Positions 27,900 through 39,687 of a stretch of 62,597 nucleotides of DNA are shown here, piece by piece. The notes beneath the pieces were generated by a model that saw only the letters and a list, made by a program, of their open reading frames with translations, ran no database searches and was not told where the DNA came from. The stretch comes from an uncultured Roseivirgaceae bacterium (GTDB lineage: Bacteria; Bacteroidota; Bacteroidia; Cytophagales; Cyclobacteriaceae), in contig CAZYDB010000001.1 in NCBI GenBank assembly GCA_964645995.1, positions 1-62,597 of the forward strand. The letters are read 5' to 3'. The translations under genes and the position numbers were made by a program. Each line of letters starts with the position of its first letter. The first letter of the stretch is position 1.

Positions 27900-28868
27900 A
27901 TGAAAAAAGAATTAATGACGAGCAACAGAATAGCCATACTTGATCTCGGTACCAATACTTTTCATCTTTTAGTTGCTGAAATAGAGGGAGGTTCATTTAC
28001 AGTCGTCGTACGTAAAAAGATCCCCGTAAAACTAGGGCAGGGAAATATCAACCAGGGTTTCATCAATCAGGAAGCTGAAGAAAGGGCTTTGGCGGCCATC
28101 AAACAGATAAGCAGGATCCTTGCTGCTCATGAAATTAATGAAATCAGAGCTATTGCGACCAGTGCAATCCGTAATGCTGCAAATGGCCGGGAATTAATAC
28201 AAAAGATCAAGTCAATTTCGGACTTAGAAGTAACCGTCATTGACGGTGATGTGGAAGCTGAATACATTTATTATGGTGTTCGACAAGCCATATCCCTCGG
28301 TGATTATCCCGTCCTGATCATGGATATAGGCGGGGGAAGTGTGGAGTTCATCCTGGCCAACCAGCATACGATCTTCTGGAAAAGAAGTTTTGAGATCGGT
28401 GCCCAGCGATTATATAACGACTTTCAGCAACATGACCCGGTCGTACAAAAGGATGTGCTCAGGCTATATAACTATTTTTATGATAGTTTGAAGTCCTTGT
28501 TCGAAGTACTGCAGCAATATCATCCCAGAACATTAATTGGCTGTTCCGGAACATTTGATACCCTATCCGATATTTATTGTATACAAAAGGGCATAGCCAA
28601 AAACCTTAACGACACGGAAAGGCCGATCAATCTCGACGCTTTTTATGACATCCATAAGGCTATCATGACCCGAAACCTTTCAGACCGGCTGGACATACCC
28701 GGCATGTCGCCAATGCGTGCCGACCTGATAACCATGTCAAGCTCATTAATACATTTCATCCTTTCCAATCATAAATTTGAATCTCTCAGGGCCTCTTCTT
28801 ATTCACTGAAAGAAGGTATTATAAGTCTTGAGATCGAGAAGATGCTTATACGGGAATTGAGTGCCTGA
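27900..28868 (+). CDS. Ppx/GppA family phosphatase (exopolyphosphatase-like)
   Basis: IAILDLGTNTFHLLV and MDIGGGSVEF (ASKHA-fold phosphate motifs). ATG at 27900 is immediately preceded by the ORF-track TTG at 27897. Confidence 0.88.
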   Translation: MKKELMTSNRIAILDLGTNTFHLLVAEIEGGSFTVVVRKKIPVKLGQGNINQGFINQEAEERALAAIKQISRILAAHEINEIRAIATSAIRNAANGRELIQKIKSISDLEVTVIDGDVEAEYIYYGVRQAISLGDYPVLIMDIGGGSVEFILANQHTIFWKRSFEIGAQRLYNDFQQHDPVVQKDVLRLYNYFYDSLKSLFEVLQQYHPRTLIGCSGTFDTLSDIYCIQKGIAKNLNDTERPINLDAFYDIHKAIMTRNLSDRLDIPGMSPMRADLITMSSSLIHFILSNHKFESLRASSYSLKEGIISLEIEKMLIRELSA

Positions 28869-28971
28869 AAAAACACATTCTTGCCAAAGGTTATCTATGC
28901 TTCTCAATTACAGTCAATATAGCTTATAAAATGGCAAATGATTGTCTATTTTTGTCGATCATTCAACGATC

Positions 28972-30060
28972 ATGAAAAAGTACGCTAAAGAAGTCCTGCA
29001 CCGGTTATGTTATGAAGTTTTCAGCGCCATTGGATGTCCTGAAACGGATGCTAAGCTGGCCTCGGATGTATTGTTATCAGCTGATCTCAGGGGTGTTGAT
29101 TCACACGGAGTAGCCCGGCTTGTTGGATATGTGCGTTTATGGGAAAAAGGAAGGTTGAATCCTGCCCCTGATATCCGTATTGTGCACGAGACCGAAAGCA
29201 CGGCCGTGATCGATGGGGACCGAGGCCTTGGTCTTGTTGTGGCTCCCAGGGCTATGGAAATAGCCATCGACAAAGCCGGAAGGGTAGGCACTGGCTGGGT
29301 AAGTGTAAGAAATTCAAATCATTTTGGTATTGCCGGCTTTCATTCCATGAAGGCCCTCGCACATGATATGATCGGTATGGCCATGACCAATGCCAGTCCG
29401 CTTGTTGCTCCTACTTTTTCGAAAGAGCGTTTATTGGGGACCAATCCCATTTCGGTTGCCATACCTGCCAGGCACCAACCTCCTTATGTTGCAGACTTTT
29501 CGACAACCACCGCGGCTAACGGAAAACTTGAGATTTTACAGAGAAAAAACAAAAACACACCGGTAGGATGGGTACAGACAAAGGAAGGAGAACCATCAAC
29601 AGACGCCTTTGAGCTTAAAAACGGAGGCGCCTTACTGCCACTGGGCAGTGACCGTGAACATGGAAGTCATAAAGGTTACTGCCTTGGATCGATAGTGGAT
29701 ATTTTTTCAGGGGTACTAAGCGGTGCAAACTATGGGCCCTGGGCCCCTCCTTTTGTGAGTTTTCTTCCCCTTTCCGATAATCCTGTCGGTGAAGGTCTTG
29801 GTCATTTTCTGGGCGCCATGCGAATAGATGCCTTCCGGTCGAAGGATGAGTTTCTGGAAAACATGGACCAATGGATCAACCGGTTCAGGGAAGCTCCGGC
29901 GGTTGAGGGCCAGGAAAAGGTACACATTCCGGGAGACCCGGAGAGAGCCTTTGAAATGGAAAGGATGAAGTCAGGCATTCCCTTACACCATTCCGTTGTC
30001 AATGATCTGAATGATCTCTCTGAAAGAATGGGGATTCAAACACTATTAACGGCTGAATAA
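28972..30060 (+). CDS. Ldh family oxidoreductase (malate/L-lactate/sulfolactate dehydrogenase family 2)
   Basis: DLRGVDSHGV, NSNHFGIAGF and GSHKGYCLG motifs. ATG at 28972 is preferred over the upstream TTG. Confidence 0.85.
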   Translation: MKKYAKEVLHRLCYEVFSAIGCPETDAKLASDVLLSADLRGVDSHGVARLVGYVRLWEKGRLNPAPDIRIVHETESTAVIDGDRGLGLVVAPRAMEIAIDKAGRVGTGWVSVRNSNHFGIAGFHSMKALAHDMIGMAMTNASPLVAPTFSKERLLGTNPISVAIPARHQPPYVADFSTTTAANGKLEILQRKNKNTPVGWVQTKEGEPSTDAFELKNGGALLPLGSDREHGSHKGYCLGSIVDIFSGVLSGANYGPWAPPFVSFLPLSDNPVGEGLGHFLGAMRIDAFRSKDEFLENMDQWINRFREAPAVEGQEKVHIPGDPERAFEMERMKSGIPLHHSVVNDLNDLSERMGIQTLLTAE

Positions 30061-30086
30061 TCCTGGATTAACGACCAAACCGGCAG

Positions 30087-30635
30087 TCAAAGGGTAAACC
30101 CAACCCTGAATACCCAGGGGCTGTTATAGGGAGACCGAAGATCATCATAGATCACATTATACATAGCCATCATATAAAAACCTCCTCTCCGGCCGAATGG
30201 CTGAAAAAGACCGCCCCCAAGAAACATTGAAGGCACCCATTCCCTGTTTAGACGATAATCGTTATTGGGCAGGATTTCAACGGTCTCGACGTTCAGATTT
30301 TCATACTCACTATACAAAAAGAGAGGTAAACGAAGGAGTCTGATATTCTGTCGCAGAAACAATTTGCCTCCGTAGGTACTGGTCTCAAAATTAAAAAAAT
30401 CATTTTTATAATACATATAGGTGACCCCAACACCTCCAGAAAGGCTTCTTGTAATCATATAACCTACCACAGGAGATACATATACTGACGTTATTGTGCC
30501 AAAAGAAGCGCTGAATCCACCGCCTATATACATTCGGTCCAGGATAGATGGCTTTTCTCCTTCCCCGATCTCTACCTGGGCTGAGGCCAGATTAAGGGCA
30601 CAAAATACCAGTGCAACAGCAAGTATTTTATTCAT
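30087..30635 (-). CDS. Putative outer-membrane beta-barrel protein
   Basis: Signal peptide (ALNLASAQ), alternating aromatic/Gly-rich beta-strand pattern and a C-terminal RVGFTL. Confidence 0.55.
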   Translation of the reverse strand: MNKILAVALVFCALNLASAQVEIGEGEKPSILDRMYIGGGFSASFGTITSVYVSPVVGYMITRSLSGGVGVTYMYYKNDFFNFETSTYGGKLFLRQNIRLLRLPLFLYSEYENLNVETVEILPNNDYRLNREWVPSMFLGGGLFQPFGRRGGFYMMAMYNVIYDDLRSPYNSPWVFRVGFTL

Positions 30636-30687
30636 AGTCAGTTAAATAATTGTGTTTTAGAAAAACGTATACGGGGAAGAAGCCGGT

Positions 30688-30987
30688 TTATTCTTCCCCC
30701 TTGATAACATAGAGGTCTTCCGACTCTTTTTTCATCAAATATTTTTCTCTGGCAAATTTTTCCAGCAGGTCATTATCGCTTAATAGTTCATTCCGGTCTT
30801 TTTCAACCTCCTGGATTTTATGAATATAATAAGTTTTCTGCCTTTCAAGCTCCTTCAGTTTCCGTGCTTTCCTGTACTGTGAATAAAGGTCGTTTGAATC
30901 AATAAATAACATCCAGACCAGGAAGAAAGCACCGGCAAGAAAATAGAAATTTTTAACAAAGCGGGGTAATTTCTTTATCATATCCAA
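30688..30987 (-). CDS. Septum formation initiator family protein (FtsB/DivIC-like)
   Basis: 99 aa with an N-terminal TM followed by a coiled coil. Conserved position immediately downstream of eno. Confidence 0.75.
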   Translation of the reverse strand: MDMIKKLPRFVKNFYFLAGAFFLVWMLFIDSNDLYSQYRKARKLKELERQKTYYIHKIQEVEKDRNELLSDNDLLEKFAREKYLMKKESEDLYVIKGEE

Positions 30988-31024
30988 CTTTTTCTACAAC
31001 GAATGTAATAAATTACCTGAAAAT

Positions 31025-31056
31025 AAAAAAGCCCTGAATAAAATCCAGGGCTTTTT
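31025..31056 (-). terminator. Rho-independent terminator after eno
   Basis: Stem aagccctg(31029-36)/cagggctt(31046-53). On the minus strand a TTTTTTATTT tail follows. Lies 16 nt after the eno stop. Confidence 0.65.
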
Positions 31057-31071
31057 ATTATTGAAAATATA

Positions 31072-32364
<1,293 letters not shown>

Positions 32365-33468
32365 TTATTTATGATTCATTAATGAAAAAAAGTTATCAAA
32401 CAAATACCTGGAATCATGGGGTCCGGGAGATGCCTCCGGATGATATTGGACTGAAAAGACCTTCTTATCCAGCAATTTCAGTCCGGCCAGTGTTCCATCA
32501 TTTAAATGAAGATGGGTCATTATTACATTTTTGTTCTTCGCAAGGTCTTCCTTGTCAACCACAAAACCATGATTCTGAGAGGTAACTTCACTTTTGCCGG
32601 TTTCAAGATTCTTGACCGGGTGATTAAGCCCCCGGTGTCCATGATGCATCTTATAAGTAGAAATTCCATTGGCCAGGGCAATGATCTGATGGCCCAGGCA
32701 TATACCAAACATTGGTTTATCAACACCAAGGATGTCTTTAACGGAATCTATTGCATAATCCATTACAGCCGGATCTCCGGGGCCATTGGATATGAAAAAA
32801 CCATTGGGATCCCATTTGAGCATTTCCCCGGATTTTGTCCGCGCGGGAAAAACCTTACAATAACACCCTCCGGAGGCCAGGTTTTTCAGAATACTTTTCT
32901 TTATCCCAAGGTCAAGCACGGCAACCCTGTAAGAGCTATTTTCGTCGCCATAAAAATAAGGCTCACTGACAGATACTTTTGATGCAAGTTCCAGCCCGTT
33001 CATTGACGGAACCTTTTTTAATTCTTTTTTCAGATAATCCGGGTCCAGATTCCCGGATGAAATAATGGCATTCATCGCCCCTTTATCTCTGATATGTCGA
33101 ACCAGGGCGCGGGTATCTATTTCAGTAATACCCACCACACCAAAACGGAAGAGATACTCCTGCAATGACTCATCAGCCGTTATCCGGCTGTGTATCTCCG
33201 AGAAATCGTTAACAACAATACCGGCAATCTGGGGATTAATCGATTCTGTCTCTACGTTTTTTGCGCCATAATTACCTATATGAGAGGTGGTATTAACTAT
33301 GATTTGTCCAAAATAGGATGGATCAGTATATATTTCCTGGTAACCCGTCATCCCGGTATTAAAACAGATCTCTCCTCCGGTTATTCCAATTTTTCCAACA
33401 GCTTTTCCTTTAAAGGTGGTGCCGTCCTCCAATAACAGGATGGCATCTTTACTGAAAATATCTTTCAT
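32365..33468 (-). CDS. carA: Carbamoyl-phosphate synthase small (glutaminase) subunit
   Basis: GICLGHQ catalytic Cys motif, an HGHRG...NHPV region and the N-terminal CPSase small-chain domain. Confidence 0.95.
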   Translation of the reverse strand: MKDIFSKDAILLLEDGTTFKGKAVGKIGITGGEICFNTGMTGYQEIYTDPSYFGQIIVNTTSHIGNYGAKNVETESINPQIAGIVVNDFSEIHSRITADESLQEYLFRFGVVGITEIDTRALVRHIRDKGAMNAIISSGNLDPDYLKKELKKVPSMNGLELASKVSVSEPYFYGDENSSYRVAVLDLGIKKSILKNLASGGCYCKVFPARTKSGEMLKWDPNGFFISNGPGDPAVMDYAIDSVKDILGVDKPMFGICLGHQIIALANGISTYKMHHGHRGLNHPVKNLETGKSEVTSQNHGFVVDKEDLAKNKNVIMTHLHLNDGTLAGLKLLDKKVFSVQYHPEASPGPHDSRYLFDNFFSLMNHK

Positions 33469-33489
33469 CCGTTATGATTATCTTTTAAG

Positions 33490-33497
33490 CAAAACTA
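33490..33497 (-). promoter_or_regulatory. Candidate -7 box TAGTTTTG for carA-eno
   Basis: Plus-strand caaaacta lies 22 nt upstream of the carA ATG and downstream of the rplQ terminator. No clear -33 element. Confidence 0.35.
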
Positions 33498-33546
33498 AGC
33501 ATTTCGCGCTTGTTTGACTACTCGGGAGAGTTAATTATTTGTAAAT

Positions 33547-33577
33547 AAAAAAGGGATTCAAACCAATCAAATCCCTT
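33547..33577 (-). terminator. Rho-independent terminator after rplQ
   Basis: 8-bp stem aagggatt(33551-58)/aatccctt(33570-77). On the minus strand TTTTATTT follows. Confidence 0.7.
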
Positions 33578-33620
33578 GCTAAATTAATTTTATAAAGACC
33601 ACTATTCACCGAGTGAATTT

Positions 33621-34388
33621 TTATTTTTTTTCTTCTTTATCATTCTCCGCTTGATCATCGTCTTTTCTTTCTTCTGATTCCGGCTCTCCTCCGGCTTCAG
33701 ACTCTTCCTTTTTTTCTTCGGAGGCTTCCTTTTCGGATGTTTCTTCTGTTTTTTCTTCAGCTACTTGTTCTTTCCCTTCCGTTTCTTTTTCCTTCTCTTC
33801 TGCAGTTACTTCGGCTTTATTTCCCTCTTCTTTTTCAGGATCAGCTTCTTTTACCTTCTCCTCTTCAGCTATAGCCTCAGAGCTAACCGGAGCTTCAGCA
33901 CCGGCTGCCTCTTTTGTCTTATCTTTCTTATTGCTGACCTTAGCATCATCTGTTTCCGATGTCCCCTTGCCTCTTCTGCTTCTTCTGGTTCTTGATTTCT
34001 TGGTTCCGGCATCTTCTTCCAGAAGGAATTCATTAAAATCCACCAGTTCGATCATGGCCATCTCAGCATTATCACCCAGTCTGGAGCCCAGCTTAATAAT
34101 ACGGGTATACCCACCGGGACGTTCACCCACACGGTCAACCACTTCATTATACAGGGCTTTCACTGATTCTTTATCCTGAAGGTAAGAAAAAACCACACGC
34201 CGGGTATGTGTGCTGTCAACTTTTGCTTTGGTGATCAGCGGTTCCACATATTTTCTCAATTCCCTTGCTTTAGCCAATGTGGTATTGATCCTTTTATGCA
34301 AAAGGAGCGAAGAAGCGAGATTGGATAAAGTTGCTTTCCTGTGTGGTGCTGTTCTTCCTAAATGATTTATACGCTTACCGTGTCTCAT
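33621..34388 (-). CDS. rplQ: 50S ribosomal protein L17 with C-terminal E/K-rich extension of about 130 aa
   Basis: N-terminus [19 protein letters not shown] is canonical L17. The tail from about residue 125 is low-complexity and acidic/lysine-rich. Confidence 0.95.
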   Translation of the reverse strand: MRHGKRINHLGRTAPHRKATLSNLASSLLLHKRINTTLAKARELRKYVEPLITKAKVDSTHTRRVVFSYLQDKESVKALYNEVVDRVGERPGGYTRIIKLGSRLGDNAEMAMIELVDFNEFLLEEDAGTKKSRTRRSRRGKGTSETDDAKVSNKKDKTKEAAGAEAPVSSEAIAEEEKVKEADPEKEEGNKAEVTAEEKEKETEGKEQVAEEKTEETSEKEASEEKKEESEAGGEPESEERKDDDQAENDKEEKK

Positions 34389-34393
34389 TGTTA

Positions 34394-35383
34394 TTATTCT
34401 TCATCAAGTTTATACTTCGATAAATCCATACCGAAAGTAAGATTCTTTTCTGCTACGAGTTGTTCTAATTCCGCCAGTGATTTTTTCCCGAAATTCCGGA
34501 ACTTCATCATATCGGAGATCTCCAGTTGGACAAGATCGCCCAATGATTTAACATCCGCAGCCTTCAGACAATTGTAGGCTCTGACAGAAAGGTCAAGGTC
34601 GCTCAACGGTGTTTTAAGCAGCTTACGCATGTGGAGCATCTCTTCGTCAACGGTATCCGGTTCTTTGGAATCCGGGGTCTCCAGTATCATTGTCTGATCA
34701 GAGAAGAGCATAAAATGCTGTATCAGGATATTGGCAGCACCCTTAAGGGCTACTTCCGGATGTATCGAACCGTCCGTTTCAATATCCAGTATTAACAATT
34801 CGTAGTCGGTCTTCTGCTCAACCCTTGTATTTTCCACACTGTATTTGACATTCTTGATCGGTGTAAAAATGGCATCTATTGGAATGAATCCCAACATCTG
34901 TTCGGATGGTTTGTTTTCCTCTGCCGGCACATACCCTCTTCCTTTCTCCACGGTCAACTCTATCTCAAATTCAGATGCCTCATCCAAGGTGCAGATAACA
35001 TGGTCCGGGTTCAATATTTCAAAGGAGGATGAATGGTCCATGATGTCGCCTGCTTTAAATTCAGACTTTTTCTTTACGGGAACCAGTATCTTTGAATCGG
35101 CCGTTTCTGACACTTTCTTGAAACGGACCTGTTTCAAATTCAGAATAATCTCGGCAACATCCTCTTTAACTCCTTCTATGGTAGAGAATTCATGTAATAC
35201 ACTCGGGATCTTTATTCCCGTAATGGCATACCCTTCCAATGAAGAAAGAAGTATCCTTCTTAATGCATTGCCAATGGTGACACCATAACCTTTTTCAAGT
35301 GGTTTGAAAGTGAATAACCCATGAAAGTCATCGGCTTTTTCCATTACCACCTTTTCAGGCATTTGAAAAGCTAATATTGACAT
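34394..35383 (-). CDS. rpoA: DNA-directed RNA polymerase alpha subunit
   Basis: 329 aa with an N-terminal dimerisation domain and a C-terminal domain ([12 protein letters not shown]). Confidence 0.97.
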   Translation of the reverse strand: MSILAFQMPEKVVMEKADDFHGLFTFKPLEKGYGVTIGNALRRILLSSLEGYAITGIKIPSVLHEFSTIEGVKEDVAEIILNLKQVRFKKVSETADSKILVPVKKKSEFKAGDIMDHSSSFEILNPDHVICTLDEASEFEIELTVEKGRGYVPAEENKPSEQMLGFIPIDAIFTPIKNVKYSVENTRVEQKTDYELLILDIETDGSIHPEVALKGAANILIQHFMLFSDQTMILETPDSKEPDTVDEEMLHMRKLLKTPLSDLDLSVRAYNCLKAADVKSLGDLVQLEISDMMKFRNFGKKSLAELEQLVAEKNLTFGMDLSKYKLDEE

Positions 35384-35415
35384 ATTCGAATGCTTTTATA
35401 AATATTTTTAAATTA

Positions 35416-36021
35416 TTATTTCGAGTAAAGTTCTACTATTAATTGTTCCTGGATATTTTCAGGTATTTCGTCTCTTTGGGGAAGGCTGACGTATTTCCCA
35501 ACCATCTCATTTCCATCCCACTCTATCCATGGATATTTTTTATTACCACGGCCTGCCAGACTGTCAACAATTACAGATAATGATTTTGATTTCTCTCTAA
35601 CACCTACCAAATCGCCTACCCTAACATTAAAAGAAGGCACACTTACTACCTCATCATTCACAACGATATGTTTATGGAGAACAAGTTGTCTTGCTGCCCT
35701 TCTGGTAGGGGCTATCCCCATCCTGAAAACAACATTATCCAATCTTGATTCCAGAAGTTGCAGTAAGATCTCACCTGTTACCCCACTTTTCCGGGAAGCT
35801 TTGTCAAACATCTTGGCAAATTGTCTCTCCAGCACACCATACAGATACTTAGCCTTCTGTTTCTCCTGCAACTGAATGGCATATTCAGATTGCTTTCTCC
35901 GCCTGCTTCTCCCATGATGGCCTGGAGGATAATTCTTTTTTTGCAAAGCCTTACTCGGGCCAAATATTGGTTCACTGAATTTTCTTGAAATCTTTGCCTT
36001 CGGGCCTCGGTATCTAGCCAT
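35416..36021 (-). CDS. rpsD: 30S ribosomal protein S4
   Basis: [15 protein letters not shown]; 201 aa. Confidence 0.97.
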   Translation of the reverse strand: MARYRGPKAKISRKFSEPIFGPSKALQKKNYPPGHHGRSRRRKQSEYAIQLQEKQKAKYLYGVLERQFAKMFDKASRKSGVTGEILLQLLESRLDNVVFRMGIAPTRRAARQLVLHKHIVVNDEVVSVPSFNVRVGDLVGVREKSKSLSVIVDSLAGRGNKKYPWIEWDGNEMVGKYVSLPQRDEIPENIQEQLIVELYSK

Positions 36022-36040
36022 TATTAATATAATTTATTAA

Positions 36041-36433
36041 TTAAACTCTTCTTCTTTTAGGTGGTCTGCATCCATTATGCGGCAGAGGGGTAACATCTTT
36101 TATCATACTTACCTCTATACCGGTGTTCTGAATGGTGCGAATTGCAGATTCCCTTCCTGCTCCAGGACCTTTTACGAATACTTCTACTTTTCTCAGGCCA
36201 AGGTCATAAGCCGTCTGTGCACAATTCTGCGCTGCGGTTTGAGCCGCATAGGGGGTATTTTTCTTTGAGCCTTTAAAGCCCATTTTACCCGCAGACGCCC
36301 AGGAAATGACCTGACCCTGTGTGTTCGTAATAGTAATAATAATGTTGTTAAAGGTAGCCTTTATATGAGCCTGTCCAATTGATTCAACATGGACCACTCT
36401 TTTTTTAGCTTTATCTTTTCTTTTCTGTGCCAT
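36041..36433 (-). CDS. rpsK: 30S ribosomal protein S11
   Basis: [15 protein letters not shown]...[15 protein letters not shown]. Confidence 0.97.
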   Translation of the reverse strand: MAQKRKDKAKKRVVHVESIGQAHIKATFNNIIITITNTQGQVISWASAGKMGFKGSKKNTPYAAQTAAQNCAQTAYDLGLRKVEVFVKGPGAGRESAIRTIQNTGIEVSMIKDVTPLPHNGCRPPKRRRV

Positions 36434-36443
36434 TTATCGTGTC

Positions 36444-36821
36444 TTATTTAACCGCTTTTTTCTTATTTGCTACAGTTTTACGTTTTCCTTTTCTTGTCCT
36501 GGAATTATTCTTGGTCTTCTGTCCCCGGACTGGTAATCCCTTACGATGCCGCAGTCCCCTGTAACAACCAATATCCAACAATCTTTTAACACTTAACTGG
36601 ACTTCGGATTTCAAAACCCCTTCAACCTTAAATTCCTCACTGATGATTGACCGGATCTTATTACTTTCTTCATCTGTCCATTCGCCGACCTTTTTATTCC
36701 AGTCAATACCGGCCTGTGATAATACTCTCTGGGCAGTACTTCTTCCTATACCAAAAATGTAAGTGAGGCCGATTTCACCTCTTTTATTTTCAGGAATATC
36801 GACACCTTGAATTCTAGCCAT
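36444..36821 (-). CDS. rpsM: 30S ribosomal protein S13
   Basis: [10 protein letters not shown]...[20 protein letters not shown]. Confidence 0.97.
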   Translation of the reverse strand: MARIQGVDIPENKRGEIGLTYIFGIGRSTAQRVLSQAGIDWNKKVGEWTDEESNKIRSIISEEFKVEGVLKSEVQLSVKRLLDIGCYRGLRHRKGLPVRGQKTKNNSRTRKGKRKTVANKKKAVK

Positions 36822-36823
36822 AA

Positions 36824-36940
36824 TTATCCTTGTCTTTGTTTAAACCTGGGATTTTTCTTATTAATCACGTATACTTTTCCTCTGCGGCGAACTATTTTAC
36901 ATTCGCTGCTTCTTTTTTTAACGGAAGCTTTTATTTTCAT
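36824..36940 (-). CDS. rpmJ: 50S ribosomal protein L36 (Cys-poor, zinc-independent-type sequence)
   Basis: Not in the ORF track because it is under 60 aa. Manual translation gives [38 protein letters not shown]. Coordinates are anchored by the rpsM start (36821) and the infA stop (36953). Confidence 0.9.
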   Translation of the reverse strand: MKIKASVKKRSSECKIVRRRGKVYVINKKNPRFKQRQG

Positions 36941-36952
36941 GATATCTTATGA

Positions 36953-37171
36953 TTACTTATAACGATATACAATTCTACCTTTTGTAAGATCATATGGCGA
37001 CATTTCCAGTTTCACCTTATCTCCGGGAAGGATCTTAATATAATGCATCCTCATCTTCCCGGATATATGAGCGATTACTTCATGCCCATTTTCAAGTTCA
37101 ACACGAAACATTGCATTACTTAATGATTCAGTTATAGTGCCGTCCTGCTCGATAGATGATTGCTTAGCCAT
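36953..37171 (-). CDS. infA: Translation initiation factor IF-1
   Basis: 72 aa S1-like fold with [28 protein letters not shown]. Confidence 0.97.
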   Translation of the reverse strand: MAKQSSIEQDGTITESLSNAMFRVELENGHEVIAHISGKMRMHYIKILPGDKVKLEMSPYDLTKGRIVYRYK

Positions 37172-37214
37172 ATGATATATTTCTGTTTAAATTAATTTCT
37201 GACAAAATTTATCA

Positions 37215-38528
37215 CTACGCCACAGCCGCGGAGGATCTGCCTTTAATCTTTCCTGATTTCATCAAACCCTCGTAATGCCTCATCAACAGATAGCTTTCAA
37301 TCTGCTGTAAAGTATCCAGAATGACTCCGACCATAATCAGCAGGGATGTTCCCCCATAAAACTGCGAGAACTGGCTCGATACACCAGCGATGGTTGCAAA
37401 TGCAGGCAATACCGCAACCAATGCCAGGAAAAAGGATCCTGGAATTGTGATCTTAGTCAGAATGTTATCTATATATTCAGAGGTTTGTTTACCTGGTTTT
37501 ACACCGGGAACAAACCCACCGTTCTTTTTCATGTCATCAGCTATCTGTGTGGGATTGATCGTAATCGCTGTATAGAAGAAAGTAAAGAGAACGATCAGTA
37601 TACCGAATACCAGGTTATATTGCCATGAAGTATAATTCGAGAAAGTATTGCCGATATATGCTGCAATATCACTCTGATCCGACCAAAGACCGGCAAGCAT
37701 AGCGGGAAGAAACATAAGTGATTGAGCAAAGATGATAGGCATTACACCCGCTGCATTTACTTTGAGGGGTATATATTGCCGCTGTCCGCCATAAACCTTG
37801 TTTCCCACCACCTGTTTGGCATATTGTACAGGGATTCTTCGTACCGCTTGGGTAAGCGCCACAACGCCAACCACAACAAAAAACAAAGCTAAAATTTCAA
37901 TAACAAACAAGAGTGCACCGCTCATCCCTTTGGAGGCCGCCTCAGCAATAAGCGCTCCTGGAAACCTGGATATGATTCCGATCATGATCAGCATGGAAAT
38001 ACCATTGCCAATACCTTTTTCCGTAATTCGTTCCCCCAGCCACATAATAAAGATGGTACCAGCGGTGAGAATTACCATGGAAGAAAACATGAAGAGCGTC
38101 TGATTTACAACGATTGCTTCCGCGGGTATTGTACCGGCGAGGTAGGCTGATGATTGGAAAATAGTAATAAAGATGGTGAGCACCCGGGTGATCTGATTGA
38201 TTTTTTTCCGGCCGGATTCTCCTTCTTTCTGCATTTTCTGAAAATAAGGAACCGCCACGGTTAACAACTGCAAGACGATAGATGCCGAAATATAGGGCAT
38301 CACTCCCAAGCCGAAAATCGAGGCATTACTGAAGGCGCCGCCCAGGAAAGTATCGAGCAGGCCAAAAATACCTGACTGGCTTCCTCTCAGCTTGGAGGGA
38401 TCGATTCCGGGCAAAACCACAAATGATCCCAACCGGAAGATGATCAGAAAACCAAGGGTATTAAGGATCCTGTTCCGCAGTTCCTCAATTGCATATATAT
38501 TCCGTATGGTCCTTAATAACTTTTTCAT
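37215..38528 (-). CDS. secY: Preprotein translocase subunit SecY
   Basis: 437 aa, 10-TM SecY sequence, in the canonical position after rplO. Confidence 0.97.
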   Translation of the reverse strand: MKKLLRTIRNIYAIEELRNRILNTLGFLIIFRLGSFVVLPGIDPSKLRGSQSGIFGLLDTFLGGAFSNASIFGLGVMPYISASIVLQLLTVAVPYFQKMQKEGESGRKKINQITRVLTIFITIFQSSAYLAGTIPAEAIVVNQTLFMFSSMVILTAGTIFIMWLGERITEKGIGNGISMLIMIGIISRFPGALIAEAASKGMSGALLFVIEILALFFVVVGVVALTQAVRRIPVQYAKQVVGNKVYGGQRQYIPLKVNAAGVMPIIFAQSLMFLPAMLAGLWSDQSDIAAYIGNTFSNYTSWQYNLVFGILIVLFTFFYTAITINPTQIADDMKKNGGFVPGVKPGKQTSEYIDNILTKITIPGSFFLALVAVLPAFATIAGVSSQFSQFYGGTSLLIMVGVILDTLQQIESYLLMRHYEGLMKSGKIKGRSSAAVA

Positions 38529-38531
38529 ATC

Positions 38532-38978
38532 TTATAACCGGGTCACCTTACCACCCAATTTCTCTATCGCTTCAACAGCCGTTGAAGAGAAGGCATGGGC
38601 CGAAACATCTACTTTCGATTTTAGCTCCCCTCTTCCAAGCACCTTAACAAGATCTTTTTTGCCAATGATCCCATTATTGGCAAGCAATTCAATATCTATC
38701 GATTCAGCCTTGGTCTTCTCGGCTAATTCCTGCAGGGCATCCAGATTGACAGGTTTAAAAGCCACCCTTTGCGGTCTTTTAAAACCAAATTTAGGAACGC
38801 GACGCTGTAAGGGCATCTGGCCTCCTTCAAATCCGCTTCTTTCCTTATATCCGGAGCGGGATTTAGCCCCTTTATGTCCTTTTGTTGATGTTCCTCCTCT
38901 GCCTGATCCTTGTCCCCGGCCGATCCTTTTCTTTTTTCGTACAGCCCCTTCAGCAGGTTTTAGTGTATTCAGTTTCAT
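38532..38978 (-). CDS. rplO: 50S ribosomal protein L15
   Basis: MKLNTLKPAEGAV...GRGQGSGRGGTS. Confidence 0.97.
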   Translation of the reverse strand: MKLNTLKPAEGAVRKKKRIGRGQGSGRGGTSTKGHKGAKSRSGYKERSGFEGGQMPLQRRVPKFGFKRPQRVAFKPVNLDALQELAEKTKAESIDIELLANNGIIGKKDLVKVLGRGELKSKVDVSAHAFSSTAVEAIEKLGGKVTRL

Positions 38979-38980
38979 AA

Positions 38981-39160
38981 TTATAATTCAGTAACAGCTA
39001 CTAAATGACTTACTTTATTTACCATCCCTTTGATCTGAGGAGTTGCTTCCACCTCTACGCTTTTATTGATTCTACCCAGGCCAAGTGCTTTAATTGTTTT
39101 CTTCTGATCTTTAGGGCGTTTGATAGTACTTCTTATCTGTGTAATCCTGATTTTCGACAT
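38981..39160 (-). CDS. rpmD: 50S ribosomal protein L30
   Basis: MSKIRITQIRSTIKRPKDQKKTIKALGL. An alternative ATG 12 nt upstream (39172) would overlap the rpsE stop. Confidence 0.9.
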   Translation of the reverse strand: MSKIRITQIRSTIKRPKDQKKTIKALGLGRINKSVEVEATPQIKGMVNKVSHLVAVTEL

Positions 39161-39164
39161 GGCA

Positions 39165-39683
39165 TTAACCATTAAATACTTTTGACAAAGTTACCCCTCT
39201 TTGTTGGGCAACGGTATATGGGTCTCTCATATTAGCCAGCGCCTGAAAGGTTGCCTTTACCACATTATGAGGATTAGAGGACCCTTTGGACTTAGCGAGG
39301 ACATCTTTAACACCGGCACTTTCAAGTACCGCCCGCATAGCACCGCCTGCAATAACACCCGTACCTGGTGAAGCCGGTTTTAACAGTACCAATCCTCCGC
39401 CATATTTTCCAATAGCTTCATGAGGCACAGTACCCTTCAATACCGGTACCTTCACGAGGTTCTTTTTTGCATCGTCTATTCCCTTGGTAATAGCATCGGT
39501 AACTTCATTAGCCTTCCCTAACCCAAAACCAACCACCCCATTACCATCACCGACAACCACAATGGCTGAAAAGCTGAATCGCCGCCCCCCTTTTACAACC
39601 TTGGCAACACGCTTGATGGCTACCACCCTTTCCTTTAATTCTATCTCACTTGCTTTTACAGTCCTTACGTTTTTCTGCTGCAT
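39165..39683 (-). CDS. rpsE: 30S ribosomal protein S5
   Basis: [22 protein letters not shown]. Confidence 0.97.
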   Translation of the reverse strand: MQQKNVRTVKASEIELKERVVAIKRVAKVVKGGRRFSFSAIVVVGDGNGVVGFGLGKANEVTDAITKGIDDAKKNLVKVPVLKGTVPHEAIGKYGGGLVLLKPASPGTGVIAGGAMRAVLESAGVKDVLAKSKGSSNPHNVVKATFQALANMRDPYTVAQQRGVTLSKVFNG

Positions 39684-39687
39684 ATTT

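Noticed and set aside
32506-32982. 158-aa plus-strand ORF
   Set aside because: It is antisense to carA, whose GATase domain is clearly encoded on the minus strand.
33765-34179. Plus-strand ORFs of 76 and 82 aa with repetitive F/L/S composition
   Set aside because: They are the mirror image of the low-complexity GAA/AAG-rich tail of rplQ and are not independent genes.
38392-38994. 200-aa plus-strand ORF
   Set aside because: It lies entirely antisense to the 5' end of secY, all of rplO and the 3' end of rpmD, all strongly identified. The translation is low-complexity (S/P/L-rich) with no motif, typical of a shadow ORF.
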